Below are positions 13,601-23,900 of a DNA stretch of 64,000 nt, piece by piece. The DNA lies in assembly GCA_973895155.1 (NCBI GenBank), contig OZ316891.1, forward strand, positions 4,559,708-4,623,707, given 5' to 3'. A program made the position numbers and the translations under genes. The stretch is from Marsupella aquatica. Lineage: Eukaryota; Plantae; Marchantiophyta. Below the pieces are notes generated by a model. That model was given only the letters and a program-made list of their open reading frames with translations, made no database searches and was not told the origin of the DNA. How positions within the stretch are numbered: the first letter of the stretch is position 1; each line of letters starts with the position of its first letter.

Positions 13601-15397
13601 TCTCTCCTTGACCCCAGTAAAGGGGTTTTCCATTGTAAGCCGGCTTAGGCCCACCTCTGGAGCAGTGTCCTGCATTGGTGTCGTTGCCGTTGCCATTGTC
13701 GTTGCCGTTCTCTTTTCCTTCTCCAGTAATTTCAGTAGATTCTGCATGCCTGGTTGCTGCATCGGCAAGTCCTCCGTCCTTGGCCTAAACACCTGCTCGA
13801 TTGTAGGACTGTTGGGCGGGTTGGGTTTCTCCATTGCCGGCGTCTGCTCCGGGACCTCCTCCGGTGCTCTTGTCGATAGGGGAAGTACTGGGGCAAAAAT
13901 TTGACTTCTGGCATACCGGCACAACAGCGGCATGTGATAGCCAAGCCGGGACACGCTTCCCACGCCAATCACCTGCTGTTCCTCCTTCAAGATTTTCTTC
14001 AGTTGGTTGAGGAGGTACCCGTTGTAATCCCGGCTTGGGTCTGGCCTTTCTGCCAGGTAGACCTGAGCCTTGCCGATCTTTGCCCTCGGCAAGTTATAGT
14101 GCATGGTTACCCGCAAGAAATCAATCATCTCTCCGATGTGCGGGTTGGTGCAGGTGTTCCGGAAGAAGCCATTCTTTGTTGATGGTCCTGGGAACGACCG
14201 AAACTCCTTGTCAGGTAAGGTCTTCCTGGTCTTATTACCCATCGGCAAGCCAAACACTTCAGCAATCACCCGGGGAGTGAGATAGAATTCCTTCCCATAC
14301 ACCCTTGTGGAATTGGTCTCGGACTCCCATGATCCCATGAATTCTAACAAGTCTGAGTCCGGCACCTCCGGCTTCAGCCATGGTAATCTTACAAAGGCTT
14401 CCAAGCCGGATCCGGCCATGAAGCCTTGGTACTTCTTGGTCTGCATAGCTGTAAAGCATGCATCCTCCTCTCGTGCAAAGTGTAATTGCACTTCCTCCAG
14501 CCTTTCCAGGTGTCATCGTTTGTTGGAATGGCATTGATGGGGTCGACCTCCTCCTCCTCGGCTTCTCTCTGCCTCCTGCTCTGCTGTTCTGCTAGCTTCT
14601 TTGGTGCCGCCGACCTCGTTCTTTTTTCCGGGGTGGCCTCTTCGTTGTTGTTCCCCTTCCTCTTCATCTCTGCTCCCCTGGATGTCTCTCCTAGCACGGT
14701 TGCCTTTGTCCACCCCTCCGTGCTACCCTTCAACTCCCAGTGTATGTTGTTGCAGCGTTTGATGGCTTCTCGGATGCCGACGACTCTATCTTCGCAAAAT
14801 AGTAGGTCGTCTAGCTCGTTGCCAATAGGCGTCCATAGGAATTCAGCCTTGATGAGTTCCCCTCCTAAGAAAGTAGCTTTCTGCAGCTCCCACAATCGGG
14901 CGAGCTCCTGCCGTTCTCGAGCTGCTCTCTCCGATTCTTCGTCCTCGTAAGTCCCAATGTACTCAGTTGCCCGTTCGAGCAGGCATCCCCAAAAATGTGC
15001 CGCTTGATTGACGTTGCTCATACCCTTCTCGAGTTGATAGTCGGTATCTATTCCCACCCTGAGCGCTTGCCTAAGCAGTTGACAGTAGTTGGCCGCCCGT
15101 AGTCGCCTGCCTAGTGCGTGCTTGCAAATGAGCCCCTACTCCTCGCGAGCGGTCCTTACCCCTCTCCTCCTAAGGTTCTCCCTCCCGTTGGTTACCCCTA
15201 GCTGCCGGCACTTAGCGTGCCCTAACCCTAATCATATTCTCTCCCCTGGTGTCCTTACTTCCGGCCTCGGCTCGGGTTCCATAGTCACCCTTAATTTTTT
15301 ATATTTTCCTTATTTATGTAACTATACTAAGGTGTTTCTAGGGTACACTTCCCTTTTCCCCTTAAACTAGCCCAGTGATTCCTGGCTAGGCATCACA
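10680..15397 (-). mobile_element. 4718-bp TG...CA element A with 5-bp TSD (solo-LTR-like, coding)
   Basis: Starts TGTGGTGC and ends GCATCACA (7/8 inverted match). Flanked by AGAAG at 10675-10679 and 15398-15402. Excision restores the MULE reading frame. Confidence 0.9.
11600..15057 (-). pseudogene. Long ORF of element A: plant-transposon accessory domain, low-complexity linker, long coiled coil
   Basis: Collinear ORF pieces 14389-15057, 12440-14491, 12170-12385 and 11600-12118, separated by one frameshift and stops. The motif LEFMGSW...TRVYGKEFYLTPRVIAEVFGLP resembles extra ORFs of Athila/Tat-type Ty3 elements. No gag, RT or integrase motifs. Confidence 0.65.
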
Positions 15398-17922
15398 AGA
15401 AGGTGCCTTGATTCCGAACTATACAGGGTCAGAATCAAGGCATGCGTCTATGAAAGCCTGGGCTACAAAGAAAAAAGTTGGTCTTTTTGAAGCATGCAAA
15501 GTGGACCAAAACCGAGCCCTGTCTCAAGTTGTGGGATACAATGCATATCGAAAAGGGTTGAACAGAGGAAAGGGACCGACTATATGGGAATTGGCGTTCC
15601 ATTCCGCCGATCAATCAGGTTCGCCAAGGTTATTTGAAGATGCGACCAACATGCTTCTTTCCAACGCGGCGGACTTCGATTTGGAAAGAAGTACTCCCCT
15701 TAACGGAGATATCGTGACCAAGTCAATGAAGAGAAAGGGACATGCAACTGGGACTGTCTCTCCGCAAGACTCCCACCGGCATGACACCGTTCTCATAACC
15801 ACACCAAATACTCATGGTTTGAAAAGGAAAAACATAAACAGAACTGACTTTGCCTCCATTCCCTCAAATTCTAATGATCCTGTGACAAGACTAGTGAATC
15901 TCTCTGGTATGGACACACCAGATGGTGATACTGATTCACTGGACAATACCCCTCAAACAACCCGTACAACAAGATCCACAAAACCTCCGCTCAGTGCACC
16001 AGCCTCACTTCAGAATCCACTTCCACGGATGATTGTGCTAGAAAAGGATGTCCCTCTGGGGCAGTGGCAGTTGCGATGGGCGTCCAAGTATGGAGCAGGT
16101 CCCCAGTGTAATGGGACACTCAATGGGAGTTCTGATCGCAATGAGTGTCAAAATCGTATCAAGAAGGTTGGCTTCCATTCGTCTGACGGTGTTGTTGGAA
16201 TTGTTGTGAAGGGCCATCGTCTCTTCAAGGGCGAACGGATCTCCGAAATGATTTGGTTCTGCCCAAACCAAACCTATTATAAGAGTCGTCCGCGTCGTGG
16301 TGTTCATCAGCTTCCTCCTCTTCCTGAAATTTTGCCTGTTCTGAACGGTACGAGCCTATCTCCTTCTGAAATCACGTTCCTTGAAGAGCAAGGACTTGTC
16401 TTAGCCCGAACAACAGGATCGAGTCGATCTGCGCCATCTTTGTTTGACCTCAGGATAAATGTGACCGTGTTCCCAAAAACGATAAGGTTTTTGGAGCCAA
16501 ATGTCCGGCTGGGTAGTCGGAATGGGAGGAACTCAAGACCTCGGTCTAATCTCACTGTGGGTCACACTAAGCGAATGGAGTCTGCACGACAAGAAGAGAT
16601 GAGTTTGATGGGGAATGGAATGTTCGGACTGGAAATGCTTTTGGAAAACAATTTTGAATTCAAACCCATGAGAACCTTCGATCACCAAACACGTACTTCG
16701 TGCAATTAAATCTGTATCTTCCCTGCTTGCTCCTGTGAGGACTTCTTCCTATGACATTCGCATGGCAAGTCGTACATGCCTTGTAAACATCTATACTGGG
16801 TGTACATAAATGTTTTCAAACTTGAGGTTGAGGAGTCGACTCTTTGTAGCCAACCAATTTTAACTGTGGGCGAAGTCAGGCTTGTCTTGGAGAGGCAGAA
16901 ATTGAATGGCTTATAATAGGGGCCGAAACTTCCGTATAGGTCGTTCAATATAACGGATAGTCACTATTTTGTCTTTACTTAACAGATATGTTACTTGTTT
17001 TATTCAGTATTTTTTGGTTAGCGCCAGGCGCTGCTTCCAAAAATCTTATTTTTCTTGCTTTTTTATGTACGCGTGTAGTGTAAGCATTACAACATGTTTT
17101 ATTTAAAATGTGTAAGTTGATATCATTATGTTTTATCTTTCAAGCCGCGTTTATTCAATTATTCTGAAATAAATCGTTAGGTGGTGTTTTGTCGTTTGTT
17201 TGTCACGGTACTCGGTCCATTTAAGTGAACTCATTTTGATTGAGTTCATTTGGACACTACTCTTCACTTGTTCTGTGGTGGGTCCCACCCTAAGGTTCAC
17301 TTTTTAGCTTGGACGAATAGTGATATTTGAATGAATGTTTCATTGAGTATAGTCCCCATACCGTGTCATTTATATACCCTAAATAATTGTTTGTTTTAAA
17401 CCTAATTCACTAAAGCAAAATTCTGTGATTAGCGTAGTTTTTCATTCGGACCAAAGGGCTATGGTTGATGCAAAACTGGTAACAGGGAATCGCTTACTAG
17501 TAACAGTTAAATTTGACTATTAACAACAAAAAATTTCCTGGTAACAGGTTTTTTGTTTTCTGTCATGGCTATCATACCCAAGGCCTTGTCTGATGGTAAT
17601 CCGTCATTGCTGGCGCCTTACTGGGTGCCATTAATGACACCTTGACGTCTGCAAATGGTACAGTTTGGGCACTCCAAACCAGTAAGTATGGTGCCATATA
17701 CATATATAAATAAATAAATATATATGCATTTACCAACGCTAGGTTCATTGCATCGAAATGAATCTGCTTCTCCAGGTTCTGCAGGTTTTTTCATGTTGCC
17801 CAGTCGATATGTATCAAGAGGTAGAGATGTTGAATGAATGTGGTTTTCTACAATATATTTATATTGCAAGATTCCCTAGCACTCATGCACTATCACTATT
17901 GATGTGCATGTACATATTGCAG

Positions 17923-19183
17923 GACATGTCCATTTTTGTTCCGAGAGCATATTGTTCCATGAGTCCCAATCTGGCTCATAAAGTATGCCAATCGTATTCA
18001 GGTCCCTCTCCTCAGGGTTTTGTTGTCTCAGGAAAGACCTCCAAGAGAGCGGGGTTACCGGAGATAGGTCCCTCTCCTGAGGGTTCTACTGTCTCAAGGA
18101 AGGCCTCCAATGGAGCGGGGTTACCGGAGATGCCTGACATTGAGGAAAACCCTCTTTCAAAACCGAAGACGCGAGTGTTGGCATTAGCTGGCCATGAAGA
18201 AGATGCAGAGGGAGGGGCGGAAGTAGAGCATAGAGAGGAAAGCAAAGCAGATGATGCGGTCAGGTCCAACGATGGAGAACCAAGCGAGGATACTGAAGTA
18301 CTGGATACCACTACATGCAGCCAGGAGAGAACATCGTCAATGTCAACTATCAACTTGCAAGTTGATTGCTTCACTACATCCACCCAACTTTACATTGAAT
18401 CTGACAAGGATGATGAAGACACTAATATAAGGCCTAAAGATCAACCGGAACCGGAGGTACGAGTGTTTTGTCATGCTAGTTGCGTTCTTATATATCATAT
18501 GTACGTAATTAAAATTAAGACACCGAGTTTGCTTTATACTTATTTTTCAGGTAAAAAGACAAAAGATTGAGAGCAGTCCCGCAGGGGAAACAACCTGCTA
18601 CTGTCCAAGGTATATATCATATATCATTGTATGTATAAGTTCTGTATATTGCAATTATTATAATGGCCTAAAAGTTCTATTGTAAGTGATGTATCTGACT
18701 TTGCAATTCATTCTACTTTGAGCCTAGGTTCACCAATATATACAATGATTTGCACATCCATATATGCATGGCAGGTTAAGACCGAGAAGGAACAAGGTGG
18801 AGTCCTTGCAAGCATTCAAGACCTAAACCAACCATTGAGTAGAGCACGAAGAGGCAAGGGTCCGAACCCAGGCAAAGAAAATGTACCTTCATTTAGAGCT
18901 ATTTCAACAAAGGTACAGGAGGATGCAAGGGAACGATTGTTGATTGGCAAAAACATTGTATGATTTCTTATTTGCATCCATTGTAAGCCAACAGTCTTTA
19001 TTAGGTTGCAGCGATCATTGTGTACAATGTGTAGACATAAATTGTATGTGTGGAACGTACTCTTGTGGTCTCATTATGTGGTCATTATTTATGTACAGGC
19101 AAAGCAGGAAGAAGTTTTGTGTGCTCAAGGAACCCGGTCAACGAGAAGTAACAAGTCCCAGGCTTTTGGAGACTCCAATATAG
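17923..19183 (+). CDS. Putative multi-exon, low-complexity acidic protein downstream of the MULE transposase (possible accessory gene)
   Basis: Exon-like blocks with AG/GT borders at about 17923-18457, 18551-18608, 18775-18912 and 19099-19183, separated by AT-rich introns. No recognised domain. Confidence 0.4.
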
Positions 19184-20149
19184 TAAGCATATACTGAGAA
19201 GTTTTGCACGATTCTGTAAATAATCATTTATAAACACCTATTTGGGTAATAGTGTGACTTTTTGTTTCCAGAAATTCCCAAATACATATTATTAATTTAT
19301 TAAATATTTTTATTATATTAAAATTATATATAACAATGGAAAGAAGTAGTATAAAGTAAACACAAAATTAAGTTACCATCTCAGTTCATCAATAAACAAT
19401 AGTTCTCACTTTTAAGGAGCTATTAGCTGTTTGGGATTCCAAACTAACCCCAATGTTCAAAATGCACAATAGTGTAATATTTTATTTCCAGAAATTCCCA
19501 AATGCATTAATATATTATATTAATATTTAATTTAATTTAATATAATTATAAACAACAATTTACTTAACTTTCATTTCAGTCTTTTGGTAGCAGTCCCGAA
19601 AAGCTTCCAAATATCATTTATGGGCATAAGATTTAGTCAGATTCGTGCTAATTAAAGATATTGAATCCTGGTTGGACCTTGCCCAGGCATGAAATTGTGC
19701 AAAAAACACCCTCAAAAACGTCAAGCAGGCAACCTTATTGGGGAGTTGTCCTCGCCAGAATGGGTTTGGGAGCAGTCTGGGCCGGGTCTGGGCCACGATC
19801 GGGGGAGGGTCGGGAGCCGTTCAGGAGCTCTTTGGGAGTTTGGGAAGGATCCGAGGAAGTCTAAGGGATAATTAGGGAATATACCTCAATTGGTTGTTTT
19901 GTGTTTACGTGCCCGCCAATTAGTGAACTTGTCGCTTAAATGACCAATGCAACCTCTTTTATCACACTTATGTTTAAATTTTACTTTCTTTGCGCACACA
20001 TTCAATTTGGTGCAACAAATATAATAACAAATTTACTAACACAGATACTGAAAAGACAGAATTGAAACAAACATAGATTTGAGAATAGAATTACAAAAAT
20101 AGTCAAAATATTATTTTATTTTAATCAAACAGTACATTGTGCATTAAGA

Positions 20150-20881
20150 GTGAGCTAAAATCCACTCCTCTATAAAGTAAGCTACTTTCTACTTGTAACT
20201 AAGTATGGGCTCTAAATTTTGTGACATGATCTACGTTTCCCTTCCTTTGAAATACCGGACAAGATTTCCATTTCTTCTTATTTGTCTCCCAAGCTACATG
20301 TAAAGACTGTAGGGACCAATCCGGATAATAGTCTTAAATATATTGAAACGAATTCTCGAACTCGTAAAATCGAGAAAGATAAGGAATAAGTTGAGTTCTC
20401 AAAAATCTATCATCTTCATCTCCATGATATGGAGAAGGATATAAAGATGACCAAAAAGGGTTGCAAAATGTAAATCTGGCAAATCTAAAAGTGTCACGCT
20501 TTCTCTAATTATATGTGGCATCTTAAGGTACACAGTTTCAAGTAGTTTCAAATAAACAAAGTCTTGGTTCACATCGAGACCGATTCTCGATAATTTTTCT
20601 TTCCCAAAGGAAAACCTGAGGGTACTCCTTTCACTGTCGCTTAGTAATACTGCCAGGTATTTTGTCAGTATTTTTATTGACATCCGTGACCATATTCCTA
20701 CACTAAAATTCTCAAAACAAAATTTCATAAACTGGTGGAAAAATGGTCTTGTACATATTGTAACATTGTCCACCGCGATGAATCTCGACTTGTTGGTCTT
20801 CGATGATACCTCACAAGGATAATAAAGAAATGCATCCATATCAAGTACAAGCAATCTTGTACCTTTAAAATATTTCACCAC
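20150..20881 (-). pseudogene. FCP1/NIF-like (HAD, CTD-phosphatase family) domain
   Basis: LLVLDMDAFL, TRPFFHQFMKFCFENFSVGIWS, YLKLLETV and VTLLD; frameshifted continuation CNPFWSSLYP. Confidence 0.75.
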
Positions 20882-21099
20882 CTGTACCAAATAAAACAAA
20901 ACATCAAAATATTACTCACATAATTATGTAACAACCCATATTTATGATGTCAATTTCATTAAACATTTCACTTGGGAATGTATTATAAAATGAAGTCTGA
21001 TAATAGCCTAACTAATATTTTTACGCATTAATTGGAGAACTACTTCACGTCTACTTTCACTTCGACTACTCCAATGAAACAAATATGGTTTTCCTAAAC

Positions 21100-21694
21100 T
21101 TTCACAATATCCGAACATAATTACAAACATTCCGCAATTATAGGAATCCTCCTATTTCGGAATATCTTTTGGAAAGGATCGGCTCCAACCATTAATATCA
21201 GAAGAAGCTAATCCTTTATCTTTCGCTTTGTCTAAAATATACCGCCACAAATTGTCCAGGACTTTAGAATCTGCATTATGAAAGGAGTCTAAATATTTCA
21301 AACTATTTTTCTTGAAGTCAATGACAGCAAGACTCCAATGAGAATTTTGGAGAATTGGTACAAAAACTTTCTCACAGTCGAACAAGCTATATCCTAGTCT
21401 TGAGGACCATCTTGATATGCAGGGACTATAACAATATCCATTCTTGGTGAGTTCACCATAATACCATGTGTTGAAAAAATGACATCTTGAAGATATCTTT
21501 TTTTTCTTTAGTAAAATGAAGTATCCATTAATAATATCCGAAGCCAGCCAGTATCGTGGACGGAGAGATTTCATAACGTTACGAGTGATGTCGATGTCAT
21601 CGATAGTGGTCAAAACCTCTCTATCATCCAAGGATAGACTGAGGCAATTGTCTATCAACCTCTCGCTACTTGCAGATAATGTAAGAGGCATTAT
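21100..21694 (-). pseudogene. Ulp1/SENP (peptidase C48) SUMO-protease domain
   Basis: WLASDIINGYF, HFFNTWYY, VPILQNSHWSL, YLDS and P-K-stop-EDSYNCGMFV; the oxyanion Gln position is a TAG stop. Confidence 0.9.
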
Positions 21695-22199
21695 CTGCAA
21701 AATCAAAGTTTAATTTAGCAACCTATTCGTTCGAGAAAAGTTGAAACCACCTAAAGCTTCACTCAAATTATAGAAATTGTACCTTTGGAACTCGTGAAGA
21801 AGCAGACTCTGTTCTTGAGTTTATGGCTTTCAAATCTGATGCCGACAGTGTCTCTTTTTCAGTCCCATGAAAACTTGAATCAACGTCCACCATTGCAGAG
21901 CAGTCCGGCGGAACAGCATTCCGCGGCTTAACGAAGTCTTTCTTAAAACAATCCTCAAAATCGAGCTTCTGCTTTGAAGATTCCAAATTGGATAACTTTT
22001 GTTTCTTCAAGCGTCGTCCCCCAAAAGGGAGTCTTAACTCCCTTAAAGTATCTGCGCATTGCATGTCCGTCGCCATGTCCAAGCTTGTATTGTCAGCTGA
22101 TAAATGGATGAACTTGTCTGCTTCATTGCTAAGCGCATCCGGCGACCACTCTCCATCTTCTTTTCCACTAATTTCAATCCTGTTCTTCCCTTCACTATT

Positions 22200-23900
22200 G
22201 ACCCTTTTTTCCTTCTCCATCTCTTCTCTTTCCCTTTCTTCTGCATCTTTCCTCTCCTCTTGTTTGTCTTGAGCTCCTCTCCTCTCCTTCTCTTCAGCTT
22301 CATTCTTCTCTCGCTCTTCTGCATCTTTCCTCTCCTCCTCTTGTTTGTCTTGAGTTGCTCTCATTTCCTTCTCTTCGGCTTCATTCTTCTCCCGCTCTTC
22401 TGCTTCTTTCCTCTTCTTATCTTCTCTTTCTCTCTCTTGCCTCTCTTCGGCTTCTTTCCTCTCCCTCTCTTCTCTTTTTCTCTCTTCTACATCTTTCCTC
22501 TCCCTCTCTTCCCTTTCTCTCTCTTCTGCTTCTTTCCTCTTCTTCTCCTCCCTTTCTCTCTCTTCTGCTTCTTTCCTCTTCTTCTCTTCTCTTTCTCTCT
22601 CTTCTCTCTCTTGGGCTTCTTTCCTCTCCCTCTCTTCATGTTCTCTCTCTTCTCTCTCTTTTCTCTCTTCGGCTTCTTTCCTCTCCCTCTCTTCTCTCTT
22701 TGGCTTCTTTCCTCTCCCTCTCTTCTTTTTCTCTCTCTTCTCTCTTCGGCTTCTTTCCTCTCCCTCTCTTCATGTTCTCTCTCTTCTCTCTCTTCGGCTT
22801 CTTTCCTCTCCCTCTCTTCTTTTTCTCTCTTTTCTCTCTTTTCTCTCTTCGGCTTCTTTCCTCTCCCTCTCTTCATGTTCTCTCTCTTCTCTCTCTTCGG
22901 CTTCTTTCCTCTCCCTCTCTTCTTTTTCTCTCTCTTTTCTCTCTTTTCTCTCTTCGGCTTCTTTCCTCTCCCTCTCTTCTTTTTCTCTCTCTTCTCTCTC
23001 TTTTCTCTCTTCGGCTTCTTTCCTCTCCCTCTCTTCTTTTTCTCTCTCTTCTCTCTCTTTTCTCTCTTCGGCTTCTTTCCTCTCCCTCTCTTCTTTTTCT
23101 CTCTCTTCTCTCTCTTTTCTCTCTTCGGCTTCTTTCCTCTCCCTCTCTTCTTTTTCTCTCTCTTCTCTCTCTTTTCTCTCTTCGGCTTCTTTCCTCTCCC
23201 TCTCTTCTTTTTCTCTCTCTTCTCTCTCTTTTCTCTCTTCGGCTTCTTTCCTCTCCCTCTCTTCTTTTTCTCTCTCTTCTCTCTCTTTTCTCTCTTCGGC
23301 TTCTTTCCTCTCCCTCTCTTCTTTTTCTCTCTCTTCTCTCTCTTTTCTCTCTTCGGCTTCTTTCCTCTCCCTCTCTTCTTTTTCTCTCTCTTCTCTCTCT
23401 TTTCTCTCTTCGGCTTCTTTCCTCTCCCTCTCTTCTTTTTCTCTCTCTTCTCTCTCTTTTCCCGTGTCTTCCTTTCCCTTGTCTTCCTTTCCCTTGTCCT
23501 CCTTCCCCTCCTCTTCCTCCTTCTCGTGCTCTTTCATCCTCTTGTTTCCCTTCATCTTGATCTTCGTCATCTTTTATTTCCTTCCATTCTTCCTCTTCCT
23601 TCTCATCATCTTCGTCGTCTTCATCCCCCTCGTGCTCCTCGTCATCTTTCTTTTGCTTCCGTTCACCATCTTCCCTCTCCTTCTCCTCTTGATCCTTTCT
23701 CTCTTCTTCCTCCTCCTTATCTTTCTCCTCCCTTTCCTTCCTCTCCCTTTCCTCTCTCTCCTTTTTCTCTTCTTGCTCCACTTTCTCCCGCCGTTCCTTT
23801 TTCTGTCGTTCCTTCCTCTCCAACTCTTCACTTTCCTTTTTTTAATTTTTTGACACGTATACTTTTTTTTCTTTTTTCCCTGAAGTTTCGCCCTCATCAA
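22200..23900 (-). repeat. Purine-rich coding repeat; core 57-bp unit x about 9 encoding EREEREKEERERKEAEERK
   Basis: TTCGGC anchors every 57 bp from 22953 to 23409, with degenerate copies on both sides. Confidence 0.9.

Larger units (their letters stand above)
5701..16915 (+). pseudogene. Mutator-like (MULE) DDE transposase with GCM/WRKY-like Zn finger and C-terminal SWIM finger; interrupted and decayed
   Basis: Cys/His finger ending HIGEHNHP (5963-7033); MULE core FDVMQR...FMADNAQAGWNAV...DAFHF (7067-7594). Phase-0 GT-AG intron 7688-10660. After removing 10680-15402 the frame reads ...FIRV|SKSAEEGALIPNYTGSESRH (third catalytic Glu). SWIM-like CSCEDF...PCKHLYW near 16730-16800. Several in-frame stops. 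Confidence 0.8.
5011..17033. repeat. Dispersed 15-bp palindrome TAGCGCCNGRCGCTA (family 2) around the MULE transposase
   Basis: Copies at 5011, 5073, 5219, 5346, 5409 (upstream), 7737 and about 10603 (both halves of the transposase intron) and 17019 (downstream). Confidence 0.85.
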
